Source of the DNA: Corallochytrium limacisporum Hawaii
Taxonomy: Eukaryota; Protista; Pluriformea
Reading direction: 5' to 3'
Assembly (NCBI GenBank): GCA_002811645.1
Contig: PDIP01000001.1
Coordinates: 62,001-126,000, forward strand
DNA length: 64,000 nucleotides
The notes under the pieces are model-generated. The model did no database searches. It was given only the letters and a program-made list of their open reading frames with translations, and was not told where the DNA came from. Of the stretch, positions 53,230-64,000 are shown piece after piece. Position numbers and translations under genes: made by a program. The first letter of the stretch is position 1. Every line of letters begins with the position of its first letter.

Positions 53230-53452
53230 GTTTGTATAGTTTCGACTGTTATGACTGTGCAAGTTCAATCCCACTTCAAGCAGGCTCACGAACCTTGGGT
53301 CGGTAAAGCAGTGAAGTTCCAGCGAAAAGAAAACGCATACAGCATCCAACATTCTCCTCAAAATATTTATAAACACACATATTATATTCTAAGTTATGGA
53401 CAACGTTTCCTTTCCACGGGCCATAATCTGGCAACGATAGAAAAGAATAAGT

Positions 53453-55678
53453 TTATGTCTTCTGCCGAATGGAGACGACTAAGCCAGTCGACCGGCGCAG
53501 ATCCTGCTGCATCGGAAGTGGAGTAGAAACGGTGCTCGGCGGGTGGACGCCTCCGACAGCCGCCTCAAGGGCCTTTTGGTGCATTTTCTCCATGCTGTGC
53601 TGCTCCAGCTGCTTCTGGGCTTTGAGCTCCGGCGGGAACACAAGCTTGGTCGGTGACGAAGTAATTGGGTTCGACCTAGTGCGCCGGTGACCCATTTTCT
53701 TGGCCGATTGGAAGCGAGTCTGATCACGTTTCAGGCGCGGACTCACCAGTGATGTGTACATTGGCGGTAGATCAGGAGCTGGCAGTGTGACAGTCCGCTG
53801 GTGCATATGACCAGGGGGTTGCAGATCTGGTACAGTGGGTGCCTCATCTGCAGAGCGTAGGCTTGAGTGCTGGGAGTGGTACCCGCTCTCCGTAGACGTG
53901 CGGGTGTGATGTTCCAGGATTTCCACATCCGAGATAAGCGAATCATTGGCGCTAAAAGCGACACCGCTCTTCTTGCGACGGCTGGAGCCGCGGCTGGTGC
54001 TCTGGCTCATTGCACTGCTATGGTTAGTGGTCATGTCCTGGTCGCTATTCTCCAGCGAAGAGGCAACTACCCCACTATCTTCATTGTCGTGGTCGTGGTG
54101 GTGGTACAAATGCTCGTGAGGTGACCGCGGCGGGGCCATTCCCTGAACAATGCCATGATGTTCCTCCATGCTTGGGACGAGCATGGCATGAGACGCATGA
54201 TGGTGATATTGAGCTGCCGCGACGGCGGCGGCGGCGGCAGCGGCAGCCTCCGCTGCAGCAGTGGCCTCAGACTCATTGATGGCCTGCTGCTCTTCCAAAG
54301 TGAGCTGCCAGTCACCGCCCTTCATGTCGTGGACATGACCTTCACTGTCGAAAAGTTGGACGTCAGTTTGCGGGTCAGCCTCGAACAGGTCCTGGAAGTA
54401 CTCATGCAAGAGTGCCTCGCCGGCGGTAATGCGCTGCGAGGGGTCAATGGCCATCATGTGACTCAGAAGCTCCACAGCGGCAGGATCGACGTCTTGGAAC
54501 AGAGAATCCAAGCGGCCAAAGATGGGTGCATTGGTAGACGCATTGTCTAGGAACTCCTTGGTCTCATCTGTACACACGGTGTAGAGCGGACCATCCTTTG
54601 GCGGCGGGCCAAAGGTTTCAATGAGCGTTGTGATGTAGCGCATGGCATGGCGATTCCGGAACATCTCCTGACCAGTCAAGAGAACCGAAAAGATCTTACC
54701 GAGCGCAAAGATATCGGCAGGTGGGCCTCGGGCCATATGGTGCCGTCCGATGAGGATAGACTCCGGAGTGTCCTGCATCGGTCTGTTATCCAGGACGTCT
54801 GCCGCCAGTCCGTGGTAGAAGTCCGTAAGCTTCACATTGCAATCTTCGTCCAGCAAAATATTGTTCAATGTGAGGTCAGTATGTGCGACACTGCGGTCGT
54901 GCAGGTAGGCCAGCCCTTGGAATATTTGATACATGATAAACTTGGTATGCTCAGGTTGCAAAATCTGGGCGTCAATGGCTTCCTTCAAGGAACAGTTCAT
55001 GTGGGCCATAATCAGGTAGAAATCATCCCCACCACCGTGTTCGTCTTTGCGTACATCCTTAATTTCCGCAAGATTGTCATGTTGCATGCTCTGCAACATT
55101 TCAAAGTCTCTCGCGTTGCTGGGCTTCCACGACGTCTTCTTCACAAAAACGCGTTCACCAGTGATGTCGTCGTACGCCGTACAATTCCGTCCGGTCATGT
55201 AAGCACTATCCGCGTCTTCCATAACCCTGTACCGGGCAGGGAGGTTGAACTGCGAGCCCGCAATCGTGTATGATCGAATGTCCTTGGTCCGGCGCGGCTT
55301 ACCCTTACCTAACTGTGTGGGGTCTCCCTCTAGCCACTGGTCAAACTCCTTGGCCGCAGCTTCCCGCTTCTGTGATTCGTAGAGTGCTTCGCGAGCCTTC
55401 ACGGAACTTGCTGGTAACGACTGCCTCTGAGATAACTCTTCTAATGTGGTAAAGTGTCCAGGCGTCTCTGGGACTCTCTTTTCCTTGGGTTCATTGTGTA
55501 TCTCTTCCCGATAAAGCTGCTCGTGCTGCGACCGGGCACTCTGTGCCGATGTGGGCTCCCCTGAAATGTCCCCATATGACCGATTCCGTGACGACGAAGA
55601 AAGTACCGATTGCCGTTCACGCTCGCGTTTAGCCTTGGAGAAGGAGTCCTTTACGTACCGGAATAGTTTTACTCCCAT
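53453..55678 (-). CDS. Divergent p38/Hog1-like MAP kinase, probable pseudokinase, with Ala/His-rich C-terminal tail
   Basis: MAPK scaffold (YQIFQGLAYLH, NILLDEDC.VK, FGPPP, AVELL..M...DP..RITA.EAL.H.YF). Catalytic motifs are altered: HTDLTLNN, DFY, no TxY, no GxGxxG. Confidence 0.8.
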   Translation of the reverse strand: MGVKLFRYVKDSFSKAKRERERQSVLSSSSRNRSYGDISGEPTSAQSARSQHEQLYREEIHNEPKEKRVPETPGHFTTLEELSQRQSLPASSVKAREALYESQKREAAAKEFDQWLEGDPTQLGKGKPRRTKDIRSYTIAGSQFNLPARYRVMEDADSAYMTGRNCTAYDDITGERVFVKKTSWKPSNARDFEMLQSMQHDNLAEIKDVRKDEHGGGDDFYLIMAHMNCSLKEAIDAQILQPEHTKFIMYQIFQGLAYLHDRSVAHTDLTLNNILLDEDCNVKLTDFYHGLAADVLDNRPMQDTPESILIGRHHMARGPPADIFALGKIFSVLLTGQEMFRNRHAMRYITTLIETFGPPPKDGPLYTVCTDETKEFLDNASTNAPIFGRLDSLFQDVDPAAVELLSHMMAIDPSQRITAGEALLHEYFQDLFEADPQTDVQLFDSEGHVHDMKGGDWQLTLEEQQAINESEATAAAEAAAAAAAAVAAAQYHHHASHAMLVPSMEEHHGIVQGMAPPRSPHEHLYHHHDHDNEDSGVVASSLENSDQDMTTNHSSAMSQSTSRGSSRRKKSGVAFSANDSLISDVEILEHHTRTSTESGYHSQHSSLRSADEAPTVPDLQPPGHMHQRTVTLPAPDLPPMYTSLVSPRLKRDQTRFQSAKKMGHRRTRSNPITSSPTKLVFPPELKAQKQLEQHSMEKMHQKALEAAVGGVHPPSTVSTPLPMQQDLRRSTGLVVSIRQKT

Positions 55679-58600
55679 TGTATTAAATTGTCAAAGATTA
55701 ATTTATATCTTTCTGTGACTGTCAGTCACCCTGACAAGCCGACTGTCTCCGATTCATTTTGTCTCTCTGTTATGCTTCGCAACTATTCACACGTAAGTCT
55801 CTTCTAAATATAATTGCTTTCCGTTGATTAAATCTTAGTACCTTTTCCCTCGTCCTGTGCACCCATATTGCCGAAAATACCTTCTCCTTTGGTTTTTATT
55901 GAGATGCACAAAATATTTAAGAATGTCAATCTTTTCTTCTTTATGACGTCCACAACTTATGACTTTCGCCAGTCTCTACGCCATTCATAAACTTACAATG
56001 AACCCGAAAAGAACATGACTATGCCAGCCGGCACCATGTTGTCAACAAAAGATACAACAGCCCCGCAAAGACTCGGAATTGAGTTTCAAAAAATGTATCT
56101 TTCTCGCTGTGTGTTTGAAGGCCGAGGATGCGGTGCTGTCGCTTCGGTCCCCCTCAATGGTGCATACTCCAAGCACCGGAGACCACAGGAGAGTGTGAGA
56201 GAAGGAAGAAGAGAGGGTGGGGTGGAGAGAGGGGGAGGGGAGAGGGGAGAGGGGAAACGAAGGAACACTTTGTTCTTTTTCTTTTTTTTTTTTCTTTCCC
56301 TTTTCTCAGCAAAGCCATCGGCAAACACACATACACACACACCGCCCCTCCCTCACGCGTAAGCTCTGACTCCTCACCGGTGTGACCTGCTGCCGCAGGT
56401 ACTGACTGTCCCCCCCCCTTCCCCCGGCCCCCGGGGCTCACCTCGCTCTCGGTGTCCAATCTGTGATTTTTTTTTGCGCTTATTCTCCGCCTCTCTCTTT
56501 AGACCCCAACCCCGCGGTAATTTCCTTGGGGAGCATGAGACGAAGACCAAAAAGTTAAAAATTTCAATACCTCAGAGTCCACCGGGAGAAGAGTATGGGC
56601 GGCGAGCGAAAGAAGTGATTCTCATTTCCCATTATTTATGTTCTTTGTTTGCTAGGGAAAATGACGAGTTCGCTCGGCGGCCCCGACGCACGCAGACGAA
56701 GGTCAGAAACGGAGTCCGAGCAACTCGTACCCACCCACCGAACAGAAATTAGAAAAAAAAATACTCCTCCGAAGAAATAGAACTAGGCTCTGTGTTTGTG
56801 GTTCAGAATAGAAAGGTTGGCGAACAACAACCCATAGAACCAAGCTCAAATTAGAAATTAATGCAGGACAAGGGCACCCGAAGAAATTGGACATGATCCA
56901 AGTGGCTAGAGTTCAGTATTCAGAACTCGAGAAAATCGATAGCCTCACACTATTAGTGCAGCTATCAACCCCGCACACACTCCGAACTTGCATACTTCAT
57001 CAATAAAAGACAGGTACAGCTACTATAGGTATCAAAAGCAAGCAGGGGGGCCGGGGTAGATGGACGAGAAAGGTAGACTTCTAGATTTGTCTGCTAGAAG
57101 GGAGGGGGGAAAGGCTGCGCTCAACCATCATTGTCGGTAGAATTACTGGCCGTCAGTTTTTCGCCCTTCATTCAGCTCTGGAAATGGAATCCCTGTAGAC
57201 GCCCGCGTTCTCTGCATTTCCAGAATATTAGAAACTTTGAGAGCAAATCACACCGCGATATTTTGGCGCAGGTCCCGCAGTGAAAAAACTTGTCTCTAGT
57301 CATGAGACGAGCTCCCAGACAGTAGTAGTCAAGCCATCCCGGTGATGCCATACGTAATGCACTGACTTGTCACCCACTATCTCGTAGCTACCGCCACGCA
57401 GCATGGTGCAGCGTGCAGCGGGCAAGGAGGCACCATCTCTTTCCCCTTTCCCCCCTCTCCTCTCTGTCTTCGGGCACTCTGAGGTCGGGTACTGTTCTAT
57501 GCCAAGTGATGTGACCCGTGTCTGTCAATTTTTTTGCGCACCGCCACCCTTCAAAACCAGTCTTTTCTCCATAATCTTTGTCTTTGAAACCCCGATGTCA
57601 CATATCATTTCACCCCCTATGCTGCGCGAGGGGTAAGAGTCATCGGTCGGTCGCTCATTATGAAGAGTGGCGGCAGTACCCCGAGATTGGTTACTAAAAC
57701 TGACCCCCCTCAGATCGCGCTGTGGAGATTCCGCAGGTACACTCACTATAAAACCGCGCCCGTCAAAGATTGCAAAAAGTACGAGGTGTCCACCTGGATT
57801 TACCACCGCGACTGTCAAGGCTCGTTCGTACGGAACACGGGGCAGGCACGAGTCGGTACAAATGGTACAGCCATTTGAAGTTCGCAGACGAGCTTGACTC
57901 CCGGACGGCTGGCCGTTTTTTTTTTCGTGCCAACGGAAACATCCCCGGGGCCCGTCTCCTACTTTCACTATACGCGTACACCCGCCGTGTTTTTCAAGAA
58001 CCCAAGCGTTTGTCTTGACATCACCTTGTCCTCCGTCGCTCCTCCGTCGCCCCTCCTTCCTTCCTCACCGTTGATTCCATACTGAAATAATTGGACTAAT
58101 TTGATACATCCGAGGAATGACTCCGAGCGAACCAAAGACGCGTCCCTTGAAATGGAATCATCACAGGTAGACTGTTTATGGGAGACACACCCGCAGCAGA
58201 CCCTGCACACACCCATCCGTCGATTTCCATACATCCTTCTTACCAAGTTGAGTCAATCTTCGACCCTAAATTTATATTGAATGCGCAGATGGTTGAAGCG
58301 ATATCCAGTCGCCACCCACGCAGCAGGAGAAAATTTTTTTGTCGCGGCATTTACGTCGCGCGGGCTACTCCTCCTGTCCAAAAGAATTTACTATATCATT
58401 ATAAAGTTGTCTTCGTCACCAAAAAATGTATATTATTTGGGTATCGAATTCCGGAATGACGTACGGCCCAGACCTATTCACTCCACCCACATGACGATGC
58501 AAATGTGCAAACATATATTTTGGTGATTCCGGCATGGGGTGATGTTACAAAAGGAAATATTGTGAAGGTACTTTCTATATAGAACAAAAAGGTTGGTGTT

Positions 58601-61600
58601 TTGCAGCCCAAGCTGTGGCTCGGCTGCGATCTGGCTTTTGGTCCTTTATGTCCTGGTCACTTTCGGAATTGGCCACGATTGCGAGTGTTGAAATCATAGT
58701 ATTGTTCAATGACAGTGTGCGCATACAAAATACATGGAACCTCGAAGAAATGGAATAACTGCATACAGAATGGGCAGATGTTGTGATGGGTTGGGGACGT
58801 CGATTCCATCTTTCCATACATTTTCGATGACTTTTTCTGTCAAGTGCTCGAACGTTGATGAATCGAAACGTGACCGGGCCTGCATTCGTTACATGTGTGC
58901 CGCATTTGTCCACTTCAGCGGTGGATGAGCTGCACAATCAAAAGGAACTGTAGGCGCATGGGCCTAGCACAACCCTGTCGGCTTACCTGGGCGCGTGCCA
59001 AACTTGAAGCAAGGTGGAGAATATTTTGTCGCTTCACCCACTCAGTACCAGCCGTGGAGTAAAAATATGCCACCAACCAAACACAAATCAGACACTGAGC
59101 GCAAGAGAGTTTGTGACGTTCGCCATGTTTCGACAGGTGTTTCACTATAGGAATACGCCCCCTGCGATGACGACCAGGATATTGGACCTCGTTATTTGTC
59201 TCAGTGTTGATTCAAATGAGCTGGTGAGTCGGAGGTGCACGCGTCGTATTCCTCAGTCTTCGGCTAATTGTCCAGAAATTGATCTGAGCTATGCTTAAAA
59301 AAACTAAGCCTATCTCGTGTCTTCCGAACTCTATCTTACGCGCGGAAGCAAAGCTTCCGCATTCCAAGCCACGGAAACTGTCTCGCAGGGGGGGGGGTGC
59401 GCGGGTGGTGATATAATTGTCTCGATAAATAAACACAATATTGCGACGTTTTTTCGCTCCCTCCCAATACTCACTTTTTCACACAGTCCTAAAAAGTGTT
59501 GAGAAGAGGAGACAAAGGGGGGGGGGACGGCTTGCTCTTGTTGCATGCTCTTATTGGCCAGGGTTCTTTGATATGGGACCACTCATTCAGTACCGCAAAC
59601 CGGAGGCAAGGAAAGCCTCTTTCACTCGCGGCCGGTCTAGATTCAGCGGAAAAGAGTACAAAAGAATTACCCCCTCCCCTTCCTTCCCTCCCTACTCCAA
59701 TTTTGTGCTGCAATGTCAGCGAGTCTGGTCTCCGGGGGGGGGCGAGGAAACGGGGCGGAGGAGCAAAAAAAAACCTTATCCATAGTATAATAATGAATGA
59801 AAGTCGAGGTCAGCCAGAAAAAAAAATAAAGCCGCCCTCACAAGAACATAAATTTCTTCACAAAGGGCACGAGGCGGTAGAATTATTGCATATATTTTGT
59901 ATATACAAAGTACTGGGTTGCGGGTTCCCTTTGCAATCTTTCACTGTCGCCAGAGTCATTATCATTCCTGGTCGAAACTCGTTGGCTAAGAATTCTTGGA
60001 GACGCGCACGCCTTCACACGACTCTGGGCACCATTATTTATTTGCTTTCAATATTGCACACCCATGGTTATGGTTGTGGACTAGAGACGGGGACTAGATG
60101 AATATAGGCCAATGCGGTGATTATAGTATTCAAAGCATTATGCATATTAAATGTCTGTGAATCTCGTCCTACGGGTGAATATATTATTAAGTTGGGGGGA
60201 TGAGGAAGTTCTCTCGTTGTGGACTTGTTGATATGGATGAGGTAAGTATACTCAGACTCCGACGTGTGCATCAACAACATCTCCACTGGAGTCGCCTTCG
60301 CTCTCACATTATTTATCCTATTTCATTCAGTGTTCGCTAGTGGATAGGTATTAAAAACAAACAAACAGGTATCTCAGCCAAGTATGTTTCTAGTTCAGTA
60401 TCCCGGAATACCCGACGCACTCCACCGTCTACGATTGATCTTTATTAACAAAGTCATCTAATGAACGTATATAGTCCATCAGTTCACGATGTTATATAGA
60501 CTTTAGCCTTTTCCGTTTTCCATTTTTTAACAATTCAGAACTCTGTGTATTCGGCGTCAGCGACTCGGCTCACGCAAACTAGGCACAGGGGAACCTTTAG
60601 CCGAGAGAAGATGTAGCGTGTCATTATGACATTGCACCTCGGATTGAATTCCTCCTCCTTCGCTCCCCTATTTCTTTCTTTCTTTCTTTTTTTTTTTTTT
60701 CTTTTCTCTTTCCGGCGCGGTTGTTGGGAAGATACCAATGCCAATGGCTTAAAGTCGAGAGTAGGGGCCAGGAGGAGGAGAGTCAGACCTTTACGGAAGT
60801 ATGGAAGTACGCGTAGCAGCGAATGGAAGAAACTAAGGGGCCACATCAAGCAAAGTACACTTCGTGCAGGAGACGACAAGCAGGGTTCTCCATTGTCCTT
60901 GATTAATTTGGTCATGTATTTGTTATATGATATTACACATGACCCATCTATTTCTGGTGCTGTGCGTATTTTACGGGTGTTTTGTGTGGAACAGCCGGGA
61001 CCAAAGTACATCAATGTGACCCGTAGAGTCAGCTAAAATTGGCATACAATGAGTATAGAATGCAGCCGGGGTCAATATTTATTTATGTCACAGGGGAATA
61101 GCACTGTGGGAGATAGATTTGATTTCCTTGTCGGATCGATCTCGCAGATCACAAAATCGGTATATGTCTCGGTACATCAGATGCCGCTCGGGCGCATACT
61201 GAATCAATGCCACAGATGTTATGCTTATGTACATCAAGTCGGATGCAGTGTTCGACGCTCCCATAGCTGATCAGGGAAAGCCCATTCCGGACCACTGGTC
61301 CGCTGCCGCCTTCTTATCACATCAATTCCTTTCCCATTCATTTTCAATAGCAAATCTTATCGTTGGGTGGCCAAAATGAGTACTACAGACGAATCCCAAG
61401 TCGTTGTTCTCTCGCAAGGGTAAGACCAGAAGTGCCCCCACTTCTCCGCTGCTGCTGCCCGCAGCGGTTGCACTGCCGCAGAGCAGAGGTGGTTGGAGCT
61501 TTCAGGTCTGGGAGAGGTACCGGAGAAACACCTGAGAACGATGATATCATCAATACTGATACAGTACTTTCTGTATAAGAGAGCAGGCGGAAAACTACAG

Positions 61601-64000
61601 TTCACAAAAAGCTCCAGAGAGGGCTGGACTCTCCCAAAAAAAAACCGGTCTGCTCGCACCAGGGTCTAAGGGTGGTGAGGCTACCCACTCCCCCCAGAGG
61701 AAAATTTTCTTTGTTGGGTCCAGTTTCCATAGAACTTGAATATATAGGGGGGCAAGACCACGTATGGACCCGCCACTGAAAAGTCGTATACCTTGCTAGC
61801 CTGGGGACGGATATGGACAGCGGACGGGCTGTATCCAACTTTTCGATCTCTGTGTCCCATATACCCACCCACATACACCCTAACGGTGTAAGCACGGGCA
61901 CACGCAGGGCCAGGCATTTCATTCACGCTTCAGATTTATCCTTTCCGTCAATGCAGCAAAAGTGCACATTCTGGCTCTGGCATTCCGCTCAGGTTTCTGT
62001 CACATGGGCTGTACTGGTTCGCTCCGTCTGCCGTTGGCCATACACACATTCACACATGCATGTGGACGACCGTTTCTGGTCATCTAATACACCGACCAGG
62101 CCTTGTGGACCGGTGGGTTATGGTGATATGACTGATCGAAGTGATGGAACCACTACAAAGAGAGCGCTACCGACTCAACAGAGGAAACGGAAGAGGACAA
62201 GGTCGGGGACGGCCGGTGTTGATGATGGTAATGATGATGATGCAGATGGGTGGGATGGAAGAGTGGGCGGATGTGTTGGAAGACTATACGACTGCATGCA
62301 TTCGTGGAGCCGATGATGAAAGAGCTTTTTTCGCATCAGTAAGTACTGGCGGGATACACCGGAACTCCTGGGCAGTGAAAGGGGGGGGGCGGCGCTGTGG
62401 ATGAGAAGATTGGCTTCCTAGTAGCCCTCGAGCCAAGGGTGGTGACGAATGCAAATCACACAGAGAACGAGGCGGTCGCACCTACAACAAACCATGTCGC
62501 GCCGTGGGTGTTTGTCACCATTCAACAAGGAGCACAATTGGACCAAACATTCGGATCCTGGATGCCGCAGTGGTATTGGTGGGAGGACTCCAAGCGATGA
62601 TGAGACTTTCGAGCTCGGCGAAGTAAAGATCAATAAGATCTGCGCTGGAGGATAAATACGTTTCGCAAGCTTGGTGCGTCTGGGTATATTTTACCAACAA
62701 AATGCACGCAACCACCATGCACACCCCCTCCTCTGCGTTGCAGCGCCGTCGATTCTTCCAAGGCACTGATTCAAGTAGTGCTGCAGTCGGTGTGCGCAAC
62801 GGTAACAGGAAACATACAATCTCCTTTTGTTGGTGTGGCATCATCCGCAATCATCGACAAGAGCACACAACGCACACATCATCATCGTCTGAACTATGTG
62901 GGCAACTCTCCGGCGCAGCAAGTTTTGGCTTCCTCTGTCGAGGGTCCCACTGCTGGATCAGACGAGTAGGATTTTTTACTGGATGGTGCCCGTAATCAAA
63001 CTAGAGCAGCTTGCCCCTGCTATCTTAACTCTTAGGTACTCTACTGCATCGTTCGTGTGGCATGCTGCTGGCTCGTACAGACGTGATGTGGGAATGGTCA
63101 CTAGGATTCTCTTCCATGTGCAAAGGCAAAGAACAGAAGTGGGATCCGCTACCCTCCCCCGGCACTACCATCAGAGCATACCCAACTACCATCCAAAACA
63201 CACACGCACACCAAGCAAACTTTGCTGCTGCTAGCCCGTGGTCTCCTGCTGTTAACCAAGGTGATGGGTCCCAACGGTTCAGCATGTTCAGATGTTTCTA
63301 AAGCTACTTCAGCGCAGACTATGCGAGAGATCCCAATGCCCAGAACATATTCATCGTTCCACATGTGTTCTTTGGGAACAGCATCGGACTGCCTACCAAG
63401 ACCGCACGGCAGCGGTGGACCTCAGTCCAACAAAAGAATCCTTGATGTGCTCAGATAGAGCTATAAATACCCGGGGTTGGTGATAGAAAAGGGGGTGCCA
63501 ATGTAGTGCATTCATTAAGGGCTGTACCACCAGTCTTACCATCGTAGATTGATTTCCGTGTATTGTAACCGTGATGCTTCTTTTGGACCAATGGGTCGGC
63601 TGTGGGGAACTGGGGGGGTTCAATTTCAGTTGAATTTGATCACCGTACCAAATTTCATTCCCCTTAATGCTTTCTCTCATATCTTGGAGCACAATGGCAT
63701 CAGCATCCCTTTAAGCGCGGTGGATCAAAACCCGCCGTTTCGTCCGATATCGAAAGTGGCCGCGGATAGTGTGCCAGGTGTCTCGGTCCTGCAGTGACGA
63801 AATCAAAAGGGGGTCACGCTTCTTGACCTTTGATGCCCGTGCGAACTCATCAATTTCGACCAATAGTGTCAGCTGTGAAAAGCCACACTTGAAACAATAT
63901 CCATTTAGTGCGAGGGGTACTGCGTCCGGGTGGCTTTGTTCCTAGAACCCGATACCTCTGTCCACCGCAAGAATAAGAAGGAGAGGCAATGACGAGATCG

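Noticed and set aside
56699-56720. AGGTCAGAAACGGAG resembles SRP RNA helix 8
   Set aside because: The stem is mismatched, the AGCAG half is missing, and no Alu domain or long helix is visible.
58981-59020. CTTACCTGG resembles the U1 snRNA 5' end
   Set aside because: No ATACTTACC start, no ATTGCAC loop II, and no properly placed Sm site.
1-64000. CRISPR arrays, tRNA/rRNA genes, transposase/RT genes, alternative genetic code
   Set aside because: None recognised by eye. Conserved genes translate cleanly in the standard code and use all three stop codons.

Overview
Eukaryotic nuclear DNA from a compact, almost intron-free genome (GC roughly 50%). Positions 0.2-55.7 kb hold about 26 mostly single-exon housekeeping genes: RCE1, MRPS21, GAR1, an MBL hydrolase, a HAUS2-like gene, TRM5, HSL/LIPE, ERV1, a FUBP-like KH protein, COPZ, BANF1, POLR1C, GOT1, TMCO4, a SAM methyltransferase, MRPL1, an AAK1-like kinase, KRR1, ACSF3, RIC1, POMP, a PQ-loop transporter, HAP40, eIF5B, VMA21 and a p38/Hog1-like pseudokinase. 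The last ~8 kb has no recognisable intact gene. BAF, HAP40 and an HSL with its N-terminal domain, together with near-total intron loss, suggest a unicellular holozoan, possibly Corallochytrium-like (inference). Main observations: (1) a BAF that aligns without gaps to human BAF and keeps its DNA-binding residues, but carries Thr12 (the human progeria substitution) and altered LEM-binding residues; (2) a decayed relic of the flagellar dynein intermediate chain DNAI1; (3) a p38/Hog1-like kinase lacking the Gly loop and TxY activation loop, with HRD and DFG altered; (4) an augmin HAUS2-like gene split by a rare 47-nt intron; (5) a FUBP lacking its U1-70K-binding A/B boxes; (6) recurrent poly(C)/poly(G) tracts and C-run/G-run palindromes upstream of genes, with a strand bias. 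No tRNA, rRNA, CRISPR array or intact mobile element was recognised. All homology calls come from recalled motifs, not database searches.
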